Assembly: GCF_016433145.1 (NCBI RefSeq)
Contig: NC_058132.1
Coordinates: 64,002,948 to 64,066,814, forward strand
DNA length: 63,867 nt
Direction of reading: 5' to 3'
DNA from: Gracilinanus agilis
Lineage: Eukaryota
The position numbers were made by a program, and so were the translations under genes. How positions within the stretch are numbered: position 1 is the first letter of the stretch; each line of letters opens with the position of its first letter. Shown one piece after another: positions 27,701 through 39,059 of the stretch. The notes beneath the pieces were generated by a model. That model did no database searches. It worked only from the letters and a program-made list of their open reading frames with translations, and was not told where the DNA came from.

Positions 27701-30700
27701 ATTCCGCTGTTCATTCTCCAAACCACTGACCCTTCCTAGCTCTGGTTCTCTGTAGGCCCAGAGCATAACATGTGTTGAGAGGCTTTTGTCTTCCTAGGTC
27801 CAACTACACCTTTAGGCTTTGGCAATATCTGGGGCTCTGACAAGCTTCCTAGCTCCCCGACAGTGGCAGATCCCCACCCAGCAGCCCAGCCAGCCTCAGA
27901 GAAAACGGAGAATCAAGGATCCCCAGAGCCCTTAGACAAGGTAAGCCGGGTGCTGAGGGGCAGGAGTCCTTAGGTCTGGCCTTCTCCCTTCCCCCAGTAC
28001 TGGAAGTGGAAAATCAAGATGGAGCAATAGCTTGGGCCTATTCAGCCTGGGGAATACCAAGAGGAGACCGACTTTCTCCAGTTATTTGAAAGGCTAGCAT
28101 ATAGAAAATGGGTTAGCCTTGTTCTGCTTCGCCCCAGAAGCAGGTAGGTGGGAGTTGCAGGGAAAAAGATGTTGACTCAATATAAAAAAAGCTTGAAGAC
28201 GAGGTGTCTGAAGGCAAATCGGTTTCTCCAGAAGGTCAGGGTTCTCCATCACTAGAGGTCTTTAATCAGACTGATCAGTTGTGAGAAGGAATTTCTGTTC
28301 AGGCCTGGATTGGTCTAGCTGACCACTGAGGTCTCTTCCAACTCTTAAGATTCAATCTTTGTGCCCGCAGAGTCCTTCCTGCAGTCGGAAGAAGTCAAAA
28401 CCCAAAGGTATGTGAACCTGCTAGACATTACAAGGTCACTCCTTCCTTTAAATGGATCCCTCTGGTGGACACAGGGATGTACTATAAAGATGTGGGTTGG
28501 CTGTGTGTTCTTGGGCAAGTCCCTTGCCCTGTCTTAGCCTTTCTCCTTGTAAAAATGAGAGGAGTTGGACTAGATCATCTCTAAGGTCCTGTTCAGCTTG
28601 AATGTTCTACAAATTCCATGATTCTAATCCTGACCTCCTCTCCCCTTGGAATTGGGTTTGGAGTCAGAATGGAGGGAAGGGCTCAGGAGAAAGAAGATTG
28701 TTTTTCCTTGGACCACACAGGGGTGGCGACTCGGCTGAGCCGGAGGCGGGTGTCGTGCCGGGAGTTAGGCCGACCCGAGTGTGATGGGTGGCTCCTGCTT
28801 CGGAAGGTGCCTGGAGGTTTCATGGGTCCTCGTTGGCGCCGATGTTGGATGGTACTGAAGGGTCACACCCTCTACTGGTACCGACAGCCCCAGGTGAGGG
28901 CTGTAGGAGAAAGCCGTATATGTGCAACTACCCCCGGAGACCCCAGACCTCAGTGCATCCTCCCTCATGTCCAGTATAGTTCATCCCCAGCCAATGGACT
29001 TGCCTTCTCTATCTATCTGGGAAATATTTGGCTAGAGGCTATCTATCGCTTCTCTATTATCTTCATCCTCTTGTCTGTCTACCTTTCTGCTTGTCTCCGC
29101 TGATATGGGATGTTCAGGGAAGACTAGCCCCTCTGGTGGGAGGACTTTCGGAGTCCTTTTCAGGGCTGCTCATCCACCTTAGGTGTCCACGTCTAATTCG
29201 GCGCTCCCCTACGGGTCCAAGAAGCTGTAGTATATGCAGTGGCCATATCCCCTAAACCAGTGATTCCCAAAGTGGGTGCCACCGCCCTCTGGTGGGTGCT
29301 GCAGCGAGCCAGGGGAACGGTGATGGCCACAAGTGCATTTATCTTTCCTATTTATTGCTATTAAAATTTAAAAAAATAATAATTTCCAGGGGGCTAAGTA
29401 CTATTTTTTCTGGAAGGGGGCGGTAGGCCAAAAAAATTTGGGAAGCACTGCTCTAAGCCATCTCTGCAGATGGGTTAAACCAAGTTTGGGGTAACTGATA
29501 GGCCTCAAACCCATCAGTGAGTTAGGAGAGTGTCTGCCGCAAGCATGTGAAGTCTTTGCTGATGGAAGGGGAGGATGGGAACAATTTGATCCAATGGCCA
29601 TGAAGGCAGTGGAAGTGAGTGTTGTGGAGTGCTCAGAGCTTGGTCAGACATCAAAGATGCCGAGGTCATCCACTGCCTCCTGGGCCATCGCCGGTCATCT
29701 TGACTTTTGTCTTGCCACTGAACTTTGATGACTCTGGAAGACAGAGTGAAGCCTATGACTTTGTGCAGTTCTGCCCCACTTAAATCCAATTTATGCTCGT
29801 GTCAGAAGACATCATCAGTGATGCCATTCTAGTGCTCTTCAAGTATGAAGGGCAGCAGCCGAACAACCAGCTCATCCCTCTGCCCACCTCTTATCTGTGC
29901 TCACTAGGACCACAGGGTCACCTTTCTGACCATCTCTCTTCTTCCCCACCAACCTAGAGATCTCTGGGGTGATATTCCTCCTTTAGATCCCTGGGTAGAA
30001 CTTCGTCTATACTGGAGAATTCTGAATTGTCTGAGTCTTCTCTTCTTCTTCAAATCTGTCTCCCCCAGGATGAGAAGGCTGAAGGGCTGATCAACGTTTC
30101 CAACTATAGCCTGGAGAGCGGTCGGGACCAGAAGAAGAAATAGTGAGAGAGGGAGACACAGGAGGCTGGGGGCACACTTGGGGAGGAGACGGAGAGATGG
30201 GATCAGATTTGGGGCAGGGGGAGGAGATAGGAAGGAATGGAGTCAGACCTGGGGTAGGAGAAGGAGGTGGGGGAGATGAGGAATAGAGGTCAGATTTGGG
30301 GAGGACATGGGAGGAGAGTCAGACTGGGAAGAATTGCTTTGTTAGGGAGGAGAATGATGGTCTTTCAGTGGTTTGGGGGTCAGGGTCTGGCCTGGGAGTG
30401 GCCTTGCTCTTTCTCCCTCCCCGCAGTGTGTTCCAGCTTACCCATGACATGTACAAGCCCTTCATCTTTGCTGCAGACACCCTGGCTGACTTGAGCATGT
30501 GAGAGATTGGTTCCTATTCCTTTCCCTCCTGTCTCCATCCCTGTCCCCATCTGTATCCTCATTCCCACTCCCAACCCTATCCCTTACCCCATCCCTATTC
30601 CCATTCTCCTCTTTCTCCCAACCCTTCCCTTCTGTACTGCACTTAATCAGGGAAGTTCTTCTCCTTCTCCCCCCCCCCCCCATTTTTTTTTGTTCTGTCT

Positions 30701-32473
30701 AGTTTGAAGTCAAACTAGACAGGGGCTGGAAGGTGGCTCAGTGGGCCAGGCCTGGAGGTGAGAGGTTCTGGGTTCAAATATGGCCACAAATACTTCCTAA
30801 CTGTGTGGCCCTGAGCAAGTCACTTAACCCCAATTGCCTAGTCCTTTTATTGCTCTTCTGCCTTAGAACCAATACTTAGTACTGATTCTAAGTCAGAAAA
30901 CAGGGGTTAATAAAAAGAAAAAAGATACATGTTCTCCCTTCTTGCCCACTCTTTCCATTTGTCCTGCCCTTTGCCCATCACCACTTAGCCCTTCCGCTTT
31001 TTTGGCAGGTGGGTGAGTCACTTGGTGACCTGCATCTCCAAGTACCAGTCTCATAGCCGAACTCCTGCACCCAGAGAGGAAGGTGAGGGTGGTCCCTGGG
31101 GCATAGGCCCTTTTCTTCCCCAGAGATCCTCCCCAACATAGTACCAAGGTCCCTCTTGTTACCAATCTCCCTACCCTCCCATATGATCTACAGTGGTTCC
31201 CAAACTTTTTTGGCCTTTCGTCCCCTTTCCAAGAAAAATATTACTTATCCCCCTGGAAATTAATTAAAAAAAACTTTAATAGCAATTAATAGGAAAGATA
31301 AATGTACCTGTGGCCATCACCGCCTCCCTGGCTCGCTGCAGCACCCACCAGGGGGCGGTGGTGCCCACTTTGGGAATCACTGATCTAGGACATGAAAAAG
31401 GGCAGCCTTGAGTCCTTAGTCTCTTCCCTGGCTTCACACTGCCCCTTCTTCCACCAGACTGTTATAGTGAAACAGAAGCTGAAGACCCAGATGAGGAGAC
31501 AGGGTCCCGCCCAGCCTCAGTGAGTGTCCAGGGGACAGGGAGGGAAGGGATGAAGAAGAAGGGATGACGATGGGATGGGAGGGTGTTTGCATCCTGAAGA
31601 AGCCTAGACTAACATTGTTCCTGTCTCTCAGCCCAGCCCAGGAGCCTGGAGCTCTCCCCATGGAGATAGCTCCCCCTCAGCCACAACCCCTCAAGGCAGC
31701 CCCCGGGTGTCACATAGCCCTTCAACAGGTAGACACTGTAGTTGGGGAGGGAATGAACTGGGAGGCTGGTACTTGGCAGGCAAGAGATGGGGAGGAAGAT
31801 GTCGGGTAAAGGAAGGAGACGTTGGAGGGTGAAGGGAGTTTGGAGAGGGGGCATAACCTTAGCTGGGGCCTTGTTCCTGCACCCCATATATCCCCAGCCT
31901 CAGACAGCAGCGGTGATGGAACTCTGGAGCACCTGGTCCGGGGCCTCCAACAAGGAGGCGTGTCCTTTCTGGGGCGCCCACACCTCCTGACCCAGGAACA
32001 ATGTCGCCGCTCTTTCCTGCGCCGTGCTCGCGACCCCCAGCTCAATGAGCGGGCCCACCACGTGCGCTGCCTGCAGAGCACGCTCAAGGTTAGCTCTGGC
32101 TTTGGTCTTAGCCCTGATCTTGGGAAGGAGGAGAGGAGAGAATCCCTGGGCTTGTGGGGGACTGGTGAGGGTTGGGGAGACACTCATGTTCAGCACTGGT
32201 CCCCCTTCTGTCCTCCCTGATTCCCAGGCAAAGCTGCAGGAGCTGCAGGTCCTCGACGAGGTGCTGAACGATCCCACTTTGACTTCTGAAAAGTTCCAGA
32301 GGTGGAAAGAGAAGAACCAAGAATTACTCTCAGACAGACCTGGAGCTTGGGCTGGGACGGGAGCTGAGGGGGCCTCTTGCCTTCGGACTCCTGAACCTGA
32401 GGATGGGACTTCCTTTGAGCCCAAAGAGCACCTGCCTCCTGACCCCCCATGCCCAAGGCCCCCTGACCTTTGA
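15653..32473 (+). CDS. CNKSR1: Connector enhancer of kinase suppressor of Ras 1 (SAM-CRIC-PDZ-PH scaffold), 21 exons, 723 aa
   Basis: Exons 15653-15704, 22057-22214, 22662-22843, 23381-23465, 24412-24453, 24588-24707, 25555-25614, 25787-25855, 26625-26726, 26809-26870, 26963-27039, 27798-27940, 28371-28407, 28721-28893, 30069-30142, 30427-30498, 31009-31082, 31458-31519, 31632-31728, 31904-32088, 32228-32473. Total 2172 nt, all GT-AG and phase-consistent. Diagnostic peptides: MEPVASWGPGSVVAWLRGLDD, ATRLSRRRVSCRELGRPECDGWLLLRK, AKLQELQVLDEVL...RPPDL-like C-terminus. Acceptors of exons 12 and 20 are ambiguous. Confidence 0.95.
19680..19925. mobile_element. MER63-like hAT-Blackjack MITE remnant
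   Basis: Ends GCTGGTAAATGTTTAACCACTGGCTCTC and AAAATTTAACAATCAGCTCTCTCCAGCATACCCC; a related end occurs near 55065-55100. Confidence 0.55.
20500..20980 (-). mobile_element. L2 fragment
   Basis: Purine-rich antisense L2 (GGATGTTGAGCAGGGGAGTGACCTCATCAGGCC..GCTTTAGGAA). Confidence 0.6.
24990..25190. repeat. Degenerate 33-bp minisatellite, array B (CNKSR1 intron 6)
   Basis: Repeats of (A)GAATGTCAGAGCTRGGAGGAACCYTAGAACAG flanked by MIR sequence. Confidence 0.7.
27316..27535. repeat. 33-bp minisatellite, array C (CNKSR1 intron 11)
   Basis: Unit CTCTGTTCTAAGGTCTCTCCCAGCTCTGACATT at 27349, 27382, 27415, 27448 and 27481, with diverged flanking units. Confidence 0.9.
29100..29870 (+). mobile_element. 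Non-autonomous RTE-derived element (RTESINE-like) carrying a hAT MITE
   Basis: GGTAACTGATAGGCCTCAAACCCATC...CACTTAAATCCAATT...TCTTCAAGTATGAAGG..CAACC; homologous to 55680-56280 and 42915-43090. Confidence 0.65.
29258..29450. mobile_element. hAT-Charlie-type MITE, 193 bp, copy 1
   Basis: TIRs CAGTGATTCCCAAA / TTTGGGAAGCACTG; imperfect 8-bp TSD CCCTAAAC / CTCTAAGC. Confidence 0.85.
31191..31382. mobile_element. hAT-Charlie-type MITE, copy 2 (opposite orientation)
   Basis: CAGTGGTTCCCAAAC...TTTGGGAATCACTG; reverse complement of copy 1. Confidence 0.85.
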
Positions 32474-33856
32474 CTGTGGGGAGAGGAGGATGCAAAGGGG
32501 CCCATAAACAGCTGAAACAATTCATGCAAAGTCATACAAAGGACTCTGGACTCCACAAAAACTATAGAGAACACATGAAGGAATGTTCTCCTTGGAAGAA
32601 ACTAAATTCAGGGTTGCCTGTGGGGCAATACCTGACATTCTGGTGAATCTGTAGCTGTCCCAGAGTTCTATATAGTTTCTCCAAAACTTGCAATACCTTC
32701 TGTGATTTTGATCAGCAAACTCACTGGAGTTGTTGGATGGGCAACCCCTTCACCATCAAAGGGGAACTATCTAAATTTTATTATTGTTGTTAAATTGTTT
32801 CAGTCATGTCTGACTGTGACCTCATTTGAGATTTTCTTGGCAAAGATACTGGAATAGTTTGCCATTTCCTTCTTCAGCTTGTTTTACAGTTGAGGAAACA
32901 GAGGCAGAGAGGGTTGAGTGATTTGCCCAGGGTCACACAGCTAGTAAATATTTGAGGCTGGATTTGAACTTGGATCTTTCTGACTACACGTTCTATCCAC
33001 TGCACCACTCCTGTCTAAATAGCCTACTATAATATTGGGAACTGGCAAGGTCTGAATTTTTTGTCCTACCTGGATGAGAACTTAGTCTGACTTCAGGGGT
33101 TATGTAGGTAATCCTCCTTTTTCCCCCAAGAAGCACACCTCCAGGAATCACTGAACTTGGGTTTATTCCTAAGCTATCCCTAAGAATAATGCTGCTCAAG
33201 AAATCTTTCTTCTCTAACTGGAAGACTAGATTCTGATATGCTGCCTGGGAGATTAAAGTCCCCCTCCCTCTTTCCCCCTCAGGATATTGGGGTTCCAGAA
33301 CATTGTTCACAAGATGTCCTTTGGCCCCATGCATTAGAACATGTCTATCTCTGGCATGAACTTCTTCTGCAGGAACTCATTCCAACACTATTTCAGCTGT
33401 TGCTGATTCTTGGGCTGGTTCCAGAGGTTCATTCTTAGTTCTCCAGTCTCTGACCTGGACTCAGTTGGAGAGAGGATGACTAGGAACCTGAGGTCCAATA
33501 ATTCTCCTCTCAGGGCCACCTAGGCAAAACACATACAATTCTTTCTGCTTCGGAATCTCCATTATCTGCTCATTGGTCAGGAAGGAGTAGGGGAAAATTC
33601 ATCCCTACCATTCTCTTGGAGAAGAGGTATCAGAGGAGAAGCTGAAAATGAGAGAGAGAAAGAAAATGGGAGAAAGAGAGAAAGAAAAGGAAGGAAGAAG
33701 AAAGAAAATGGGAAAAAAGAGAAGAGCAAATTTGTTGGCTCAATTTTATGGATGTTAACAAAGGTGGGGCTTCTCCAATATGAATCCATTATTCTGAGAC
33801 CTAGCTGACCAAATCCATCTTGTGACAGTCCCATTTCCGAAACCCATCTTGTAGGG

Positions 33857-34212
33857 CAGTGATGGCAAACCTTTTAGAGACTGTGTGCCGTGCCCCCACC
33901 CACTTCCCCCAAGAGACTATGTGTTGTGCTCTGACCCCACACAAGGGAGGGAGGATGTGCTCCCATTGGACTACTGGGTAGAGGGGCAGGTAATATGACA
34001 AAATATCATCAGGAGAGGGGGAGGGGAATATGCACTCCCATTGGGCTGCTGGGCAGAAGGGTGGGTGATGTGAAAAAAATGTCATCAGGCATGTAGGAGA
34101 GGAGGAAGGGAGGAGCTCTGCCTGAATCCCCCTGCCTTTCTAGTAATGAACTCTGGGAAGAGTACTCTGTATACCGTCTTTGGCACCCATGGCATAGGTT
34201 CACCCATCACTG
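33857..34212. mobile_element. hAT MITE with OposCharlie1-like TIR, 356 bp
   Basis: TIRs CAGTGATGGCAAACCT / AGGTTCACCCATCACTG. Confidence 0.8.
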
Positions 34213-35479
34213 CTTGCTCTAGGGGGAGCCAAAAAGAGATTCTATCCATTTCATCTTGGTGAAACTCTAGTCACTGGGAACTAATCATGGGTTGCCTTTT
34301 GTCATCTTGACAAGACTTCAATGGATATGTCCATTGGCATCCATGAATTTCTTTTTCTAACATTTTCATAACTGCATTTCAATATAATTGGCTTTCTTAC
34401 TAATACAATGTATTTTATCGTGTGTGTTTTTAAACAATTTTATTTCCAAATTCTCTCCCTCTGGCTCCACCCATTGAGAAGGCAAGAAATATGATGCTTG
34501 TCATATACCCTTAAAGATATGAAATCCTACAAACCATTTCTACATTAACCATTATTGTATACACGTAAAAACATTCTTCTGAGAAGGGGTCCTTAAGCTT
34601 TACTGGACTGCCTAATGACTGGTTATTCAAAAATGTATTGGTTTCACAGAAGACCAAATAGATGATTTTAGTTACCTGTTAAGGATCTGATTGATAGAGC
34701 TAAGATATAAAGAGAATAACAGAAATATAAAAAAAAAACCAAGCTGTTATTCAATGGATTTAAGATCAAAGAATATCACAAATCACAAAAGAATCTCATT
34801 TTTTTTAATTAAAAAAAAAACCTTACCTTCCATTTTAGAATCAATACTGTGATTGGTTCTAAGGCAGAAGAGTGCTAAGGGCTAGGCAATGAGGGTTAAG
34901 TGACTAGCCCAGGGTCATGTAGCTAGGAAGTATCTGAGGTCAGATTTGAACCCAGAACTTCCCATCTCTGGGTCTGACTCTCAATCCATTGAGCCACCCA
35001 GCTGGGCCCAGAATCACAAATTATAAACTATTGATTTGAATCTTTCTATAGTCCACAATGTCCCCCAAAATATTTAAGAACCTCCGTTTTACAGGAGAGA
35101 GGTAAAGTCATCAAACTGATCCAGGAAGGACTCTGAAGTAACCATGAAATTGATTCCCTGTGCATCCAATGGAGTTCCTTTGTAGCTTCCTCCATGCTTC
35201 TTCAGTGGTGTTGTTCCTGTGTGTGTCTTTAGAATTTCATTCTTAAAGCTTCTCATCCCTCTTGGGCTATGAGATCTTACCTATCTTATCTCTGAACCTA
35301 AATCTGCTCTCAAAAATAAAAAATTAAAAAAAAAATAGGCTTGGCCTGACTTTCCTTTATCAGGAATGCCAAGTTTAAGTGATCACCTCCTGTTGAGTCT
35401 CCCATCATTTCTACTTTAGCAACTAATCCTTTTTTGTGGCTCAGACTCTTGAGTCTCTCTACCACTACTACAATGCTAC

Positions 35480-37150
35480 CTTTGCACTGTAGAAGGATGA
35501 AATTATCATTAAGGCCAGCCATGAATGTATTAGCATCACAAATGATCAAATAGATGATTTTAGTTACATGAAATTGGTATGGGCCTGACATCTAATATAT
35601 ATAGGGAATTAACACAAATATAAAAAGCTAAACTCTAGAGACAGGAGGTCCTAGGTTCAAACCGGGCCTCAGCCACTTCCCAGCTGTGTGACCCTGGGCA
35701 AGTCACTTGACCCCCATTGCCCACCCTTACCACTCTTCCACCTATGAGACAATACACTGAAGTACAAGGGTTTAAAAAAAAACAAAAACAAAAACAAATA
35801 AAAAGCTAAGCTGTTCCCCAGTGGATACTTGGTCAAACAACACGAATGGCCCTAAAATTATTATTAAATTGATTTCATTAAAATCATTATTACGGCCCAC
35901 AAAATAACTCCTAAATCAAATCACTTGTAATTAGAAGTGCAGATCACAACACCTCTAAGGTTTCACCTCACACCCCGAAAATTGACAACGCTGACAAAAG
36001 AAAGAAATAGTAGATGTCGATGGTATGGCCAGAAGACAGGCACACTAGCGTACTCTCAGTCAACTTGTGCATTGGTTCAGATATTTAGGAAAGCAAGCTG
36101 GAATTATACTAGAAAAAAAAAGGGATGAAAATGTCCCTCCCCTTTGACACAGACAGCCCACTGCTAGGTATATATCTCAATGAGGACAAAAATGAGAAAG
36201 TAAGTCCCATATAGATCCAGATTTTCACGGCAGCACTTTTTGTGGTAGCAAAAAATTGGAAACAAAGTAATAGCTGTCATTTAGGGAAGTGGCTAAACAA
36301 ATGGCAGTTACTGAAAATAAGAGTATTACAGACTGTAAAAAAATGAATAAAATGACAGTTTCAAAGAAGCATGGAAAGCCTGGACTGATGTAGACTGAAG
36401 TAAGCAGAACCAATATAAACGATGGTTATAATAATGTAAAAGGGAAGAAACCCAATAAAATTAAACCAAATACTGTGTAGTTTTAGGATTGGCAACTAGG
36501 TGGCACAGTGGATGGCATGTTGGTTTGGTGTCAGGAAGACCTAATTTTAAAGCCTTCCTCATACACCTACTAGTTGGTTGACCCTGGGCAAGTCCCAGAA
36601 TGTCTCACAGCCTCAGTTTCTTCATCTGTAAAATAGGAGCGATGATAGCATTTACTTCACAGAGTTATAAGACTCAAGTAAAAGAGAATGTATGTCAAAT
36701 GCTTTGCAAACTTTAATGTGCTATATGAATATAAGCTGGATAATTTTGAGTTTGAGCCTGGAGAAGAGTAGAGAAAATGCATCTCATTCCTTTTGTTGCT
36801 GATGGGGAAGGACTATGGGTGTTTAATATGTCCCTGGTATGTTGCTTGATTTTACCAAAGTATTTTTTCTTCTTTATTTTGTATTCTTTGTTATAGGGCA
36901 TGATTCATTGGGAAAAGGCAGAGGAGGAGATATATTCAGAAAAAAATGTGATACTTGTTGTAGCAAAAGGCTAGAAACAAAGGGAGTAACTATTAATTAC
37001 ATGATGGCTGAACTAATTGTGGTATATAAATATAATAGAATGGCATTGTACCATAAGAAATGATGAAAGAGATAGTTTCAGAGAAACTTGTATGAGTTTG
37101 AAGATTTGTATGAACTGAAGCATAATTAAGTGACCAGAGGACACTGAAAG
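35480..37150 (+). mobile_element. Old L1 ORF2-3' UTR remnants with SINE insertions
   Basis: Decayed ORF2 C-terminus (QITTPLRFHLTPRKLT...) and L1 3' sequence. Confidence 0.6.
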
Positions 37151-37168
37151 AAAAGAACTTCAAGTCTT

Positions 37169-37374
37169 TTTTTTTTTTTTTAAAACCCTTACCTTCTGTC
37201 TTGGAGTGAATACTGTGTATTGGTTCCAAGGCAGAAGAGTGGTAAGGGTAGGTAATGGGGGTCAAGTGACTTGCCCAGGGTCACACAGCTGGGAGTGTCT
37301 GAGGTCAGATTTGAACCTAGGACCTCCCGTCTCTAGGCCTGGCTCTCAATCCACCGAGCTACCCAGCTGCCCCC
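37169..37374 (-). mobile_element. SINE1_Mdo, full length
   Basis: 13-bp TSD AACTTCAAGTCTT at 37156-37168 and 37377-37389. Confidence 0.9.
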
Positions 37375-37416
37375 ACAACTTCAAGTCTTAAAAACTTTTT
37401 AAAAAAGGAAATGCAT

Positions 37417-37613
37417 GGGGGCAGCTGGATGACTCAGTGGATTGAGAGTCAGGCCTAGAGACGGGAGGTCCTAGGTTCAAATCTGGCCTCAGACACTTCT
37501 CAGCTGTGTGACCCTGGGCAAGTCACTTGACCCCCATTACCTACCCTTACCACTCTTCTGCCTTGGAACCAATACACAGTATTGTTTCTAAGATGGAAGG
37601 TAAGGGTTTTAAA
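37417..37613 (+). mobile_element. SINE1_Mdo, full length
   Basis: TSD AAAAAAGGAAATG(C/A)AT at 37401-37416 and 37614-37629. Confidence 0.9.
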
Positions 37614-38273
37614 AAAAAAGGAAATGAATGTCTTATAACAAAACACATAAATTGTAATAAATTAAAACAAATTATCATCTTCTCTGTCTTTGGCTAAAGG
37701 AGATCTAAAAGATTTCCAGATAACTTAAGTTTTCCATTACTACTATATTATTCTTCTACACCAAGTTTGTGAATTGTTTCCTTCCTCCTCTGTTCCAAGG
37801 AGTCTTAATATACTCCCACACCATCACTCTTGTTCGTCTCTCCAATGGTCTCCCCCAAATGCTTTTCTTTATCATTGGATTTTTCCACAAATCATCTTAT
37901 TCATATAAAATGTTACCAAACTATTGTTTCTTTTGAAAAAGGCATTTGCTTTTGTAGTCATATTTTAGTCATAAATCCCAACTCTTTGAGTTCATACTGG
38001 GGGACTGCAATATACATCATGACTCCATCAAATACCCTAACCACTCAGTTCCTCAATACTCACCTCCCATGAGCTACTCTTCCACCCACTTCAGTCACCC
38101 ATGATGATGGCCATAAACTCAATCTGGCCATCACCCACGAATATACCACTCCTATGTTCCAGGGTATCAAAGTCCCCTTATTTGGCCATAATCTATTGGC
38201 TTTCCCACTTCTCCTTCTGTCTTCCCTTGTAAAACTACTTACTTGTCATGCACACCAACAGAGACAATCTTTT

Positions 38274-39059
38274 TCTCCAGAGGATTTATTTTTTTAATTG
38301 ATTAATTAAGAAAATTTTTCCATGGTTCCATGATTCATATTCTTTCCCTCCCCTCTTCTCACCCCGCTCCCATAACCTACATGCAATTCCACTGGGTTTT
38401 ACATGTGCCATTGATCAAGACCTATTTCCACATTATTGATATTTGCATTAGAGTGATCGCCTAGACTGCAATAGTTCCCAAACTTTTTTGGCCTACTGCC
38501 CCCTTTTCAGAAAAAATATTACTTAGCCCCCTGGAAATTAATTTTTTTTATTTCAATAGCAATTAATAGGAAAGATAAATGCACCTGTGGCCATCACCAC
38601 CCTCCTAGATCGATGCAGCGCCCACTTTGGGAATCACTGGCTTAGAGTCTACATCCCCATCGACCCATATGGACAAGCAGTTGTCTTTCTTCTGTGTTTC
38701 TGCTCCCATAGTTCTTTCTCTGGATGTGGCTAGTTTTCTTTCTCATAAGTCCCTCAGCCTTGCTCTGGATCCTCGCATTGCTGCTAGTAGAGAAGTCCAT
38801 TATGTTGGATTGTACCACAGTGTATCAGCCTCTGTGTATAATGTTCTCCTGGATCTTCTCCTTTCACTCTGCATCAATTCCTGGAGGTCTTTCCAGTTCA
38901 CATGGAATTCCTCCAGTTCATTATTCCTTTGAGCACAATAGTATTCCATCACCAACAGATACCACAATTTGTTCAGCCATTCCCCAATTGAAGGGCATAC
39001 CCTCATTTTCCAATTTTTTCCACCACAAAGAGTGCAGCTATGAATATTTTTGTACAAGT
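38274..39059 (-). mobile_element. 5'-truncated L1 containing a hAT MITE
   Basis: 15-bp TSD CAGAGACAATCTTTT at 38259-38273 and 39060-39074; ORF2 C-terminal remnant ([24 protein letters not shown]). Confidence 0.9.
38469..38639. mobile_element. hAT-Charlie-type MITE, copy 3 (internally deleted)
   Basis: CAATAGTTCCCAAAC...TTTGGGAATCACTG; flanks GCCTAGAC / GCTTAGAG. Confidence 0.8.

Noticed and set aside
27756-27797. Third in-frame acceptor for CNKSR1 exon 12 (tgtag at 27755)
   Set aside because: It would include an in-frame TGA at about 27776.
31900-32574. 224-aa antisense ORF
   Set aside because: Shadow of CNKSR1 exons 20-21 on the opposite strand.
34655-35568. 20-bp direct repeat AAATAGATGATTTTAGTTAC at about 34655 and 35549
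   Set aside because: Both lie in decayed L1 ORF2-like sequence; best explained as homologous repeat fragments.
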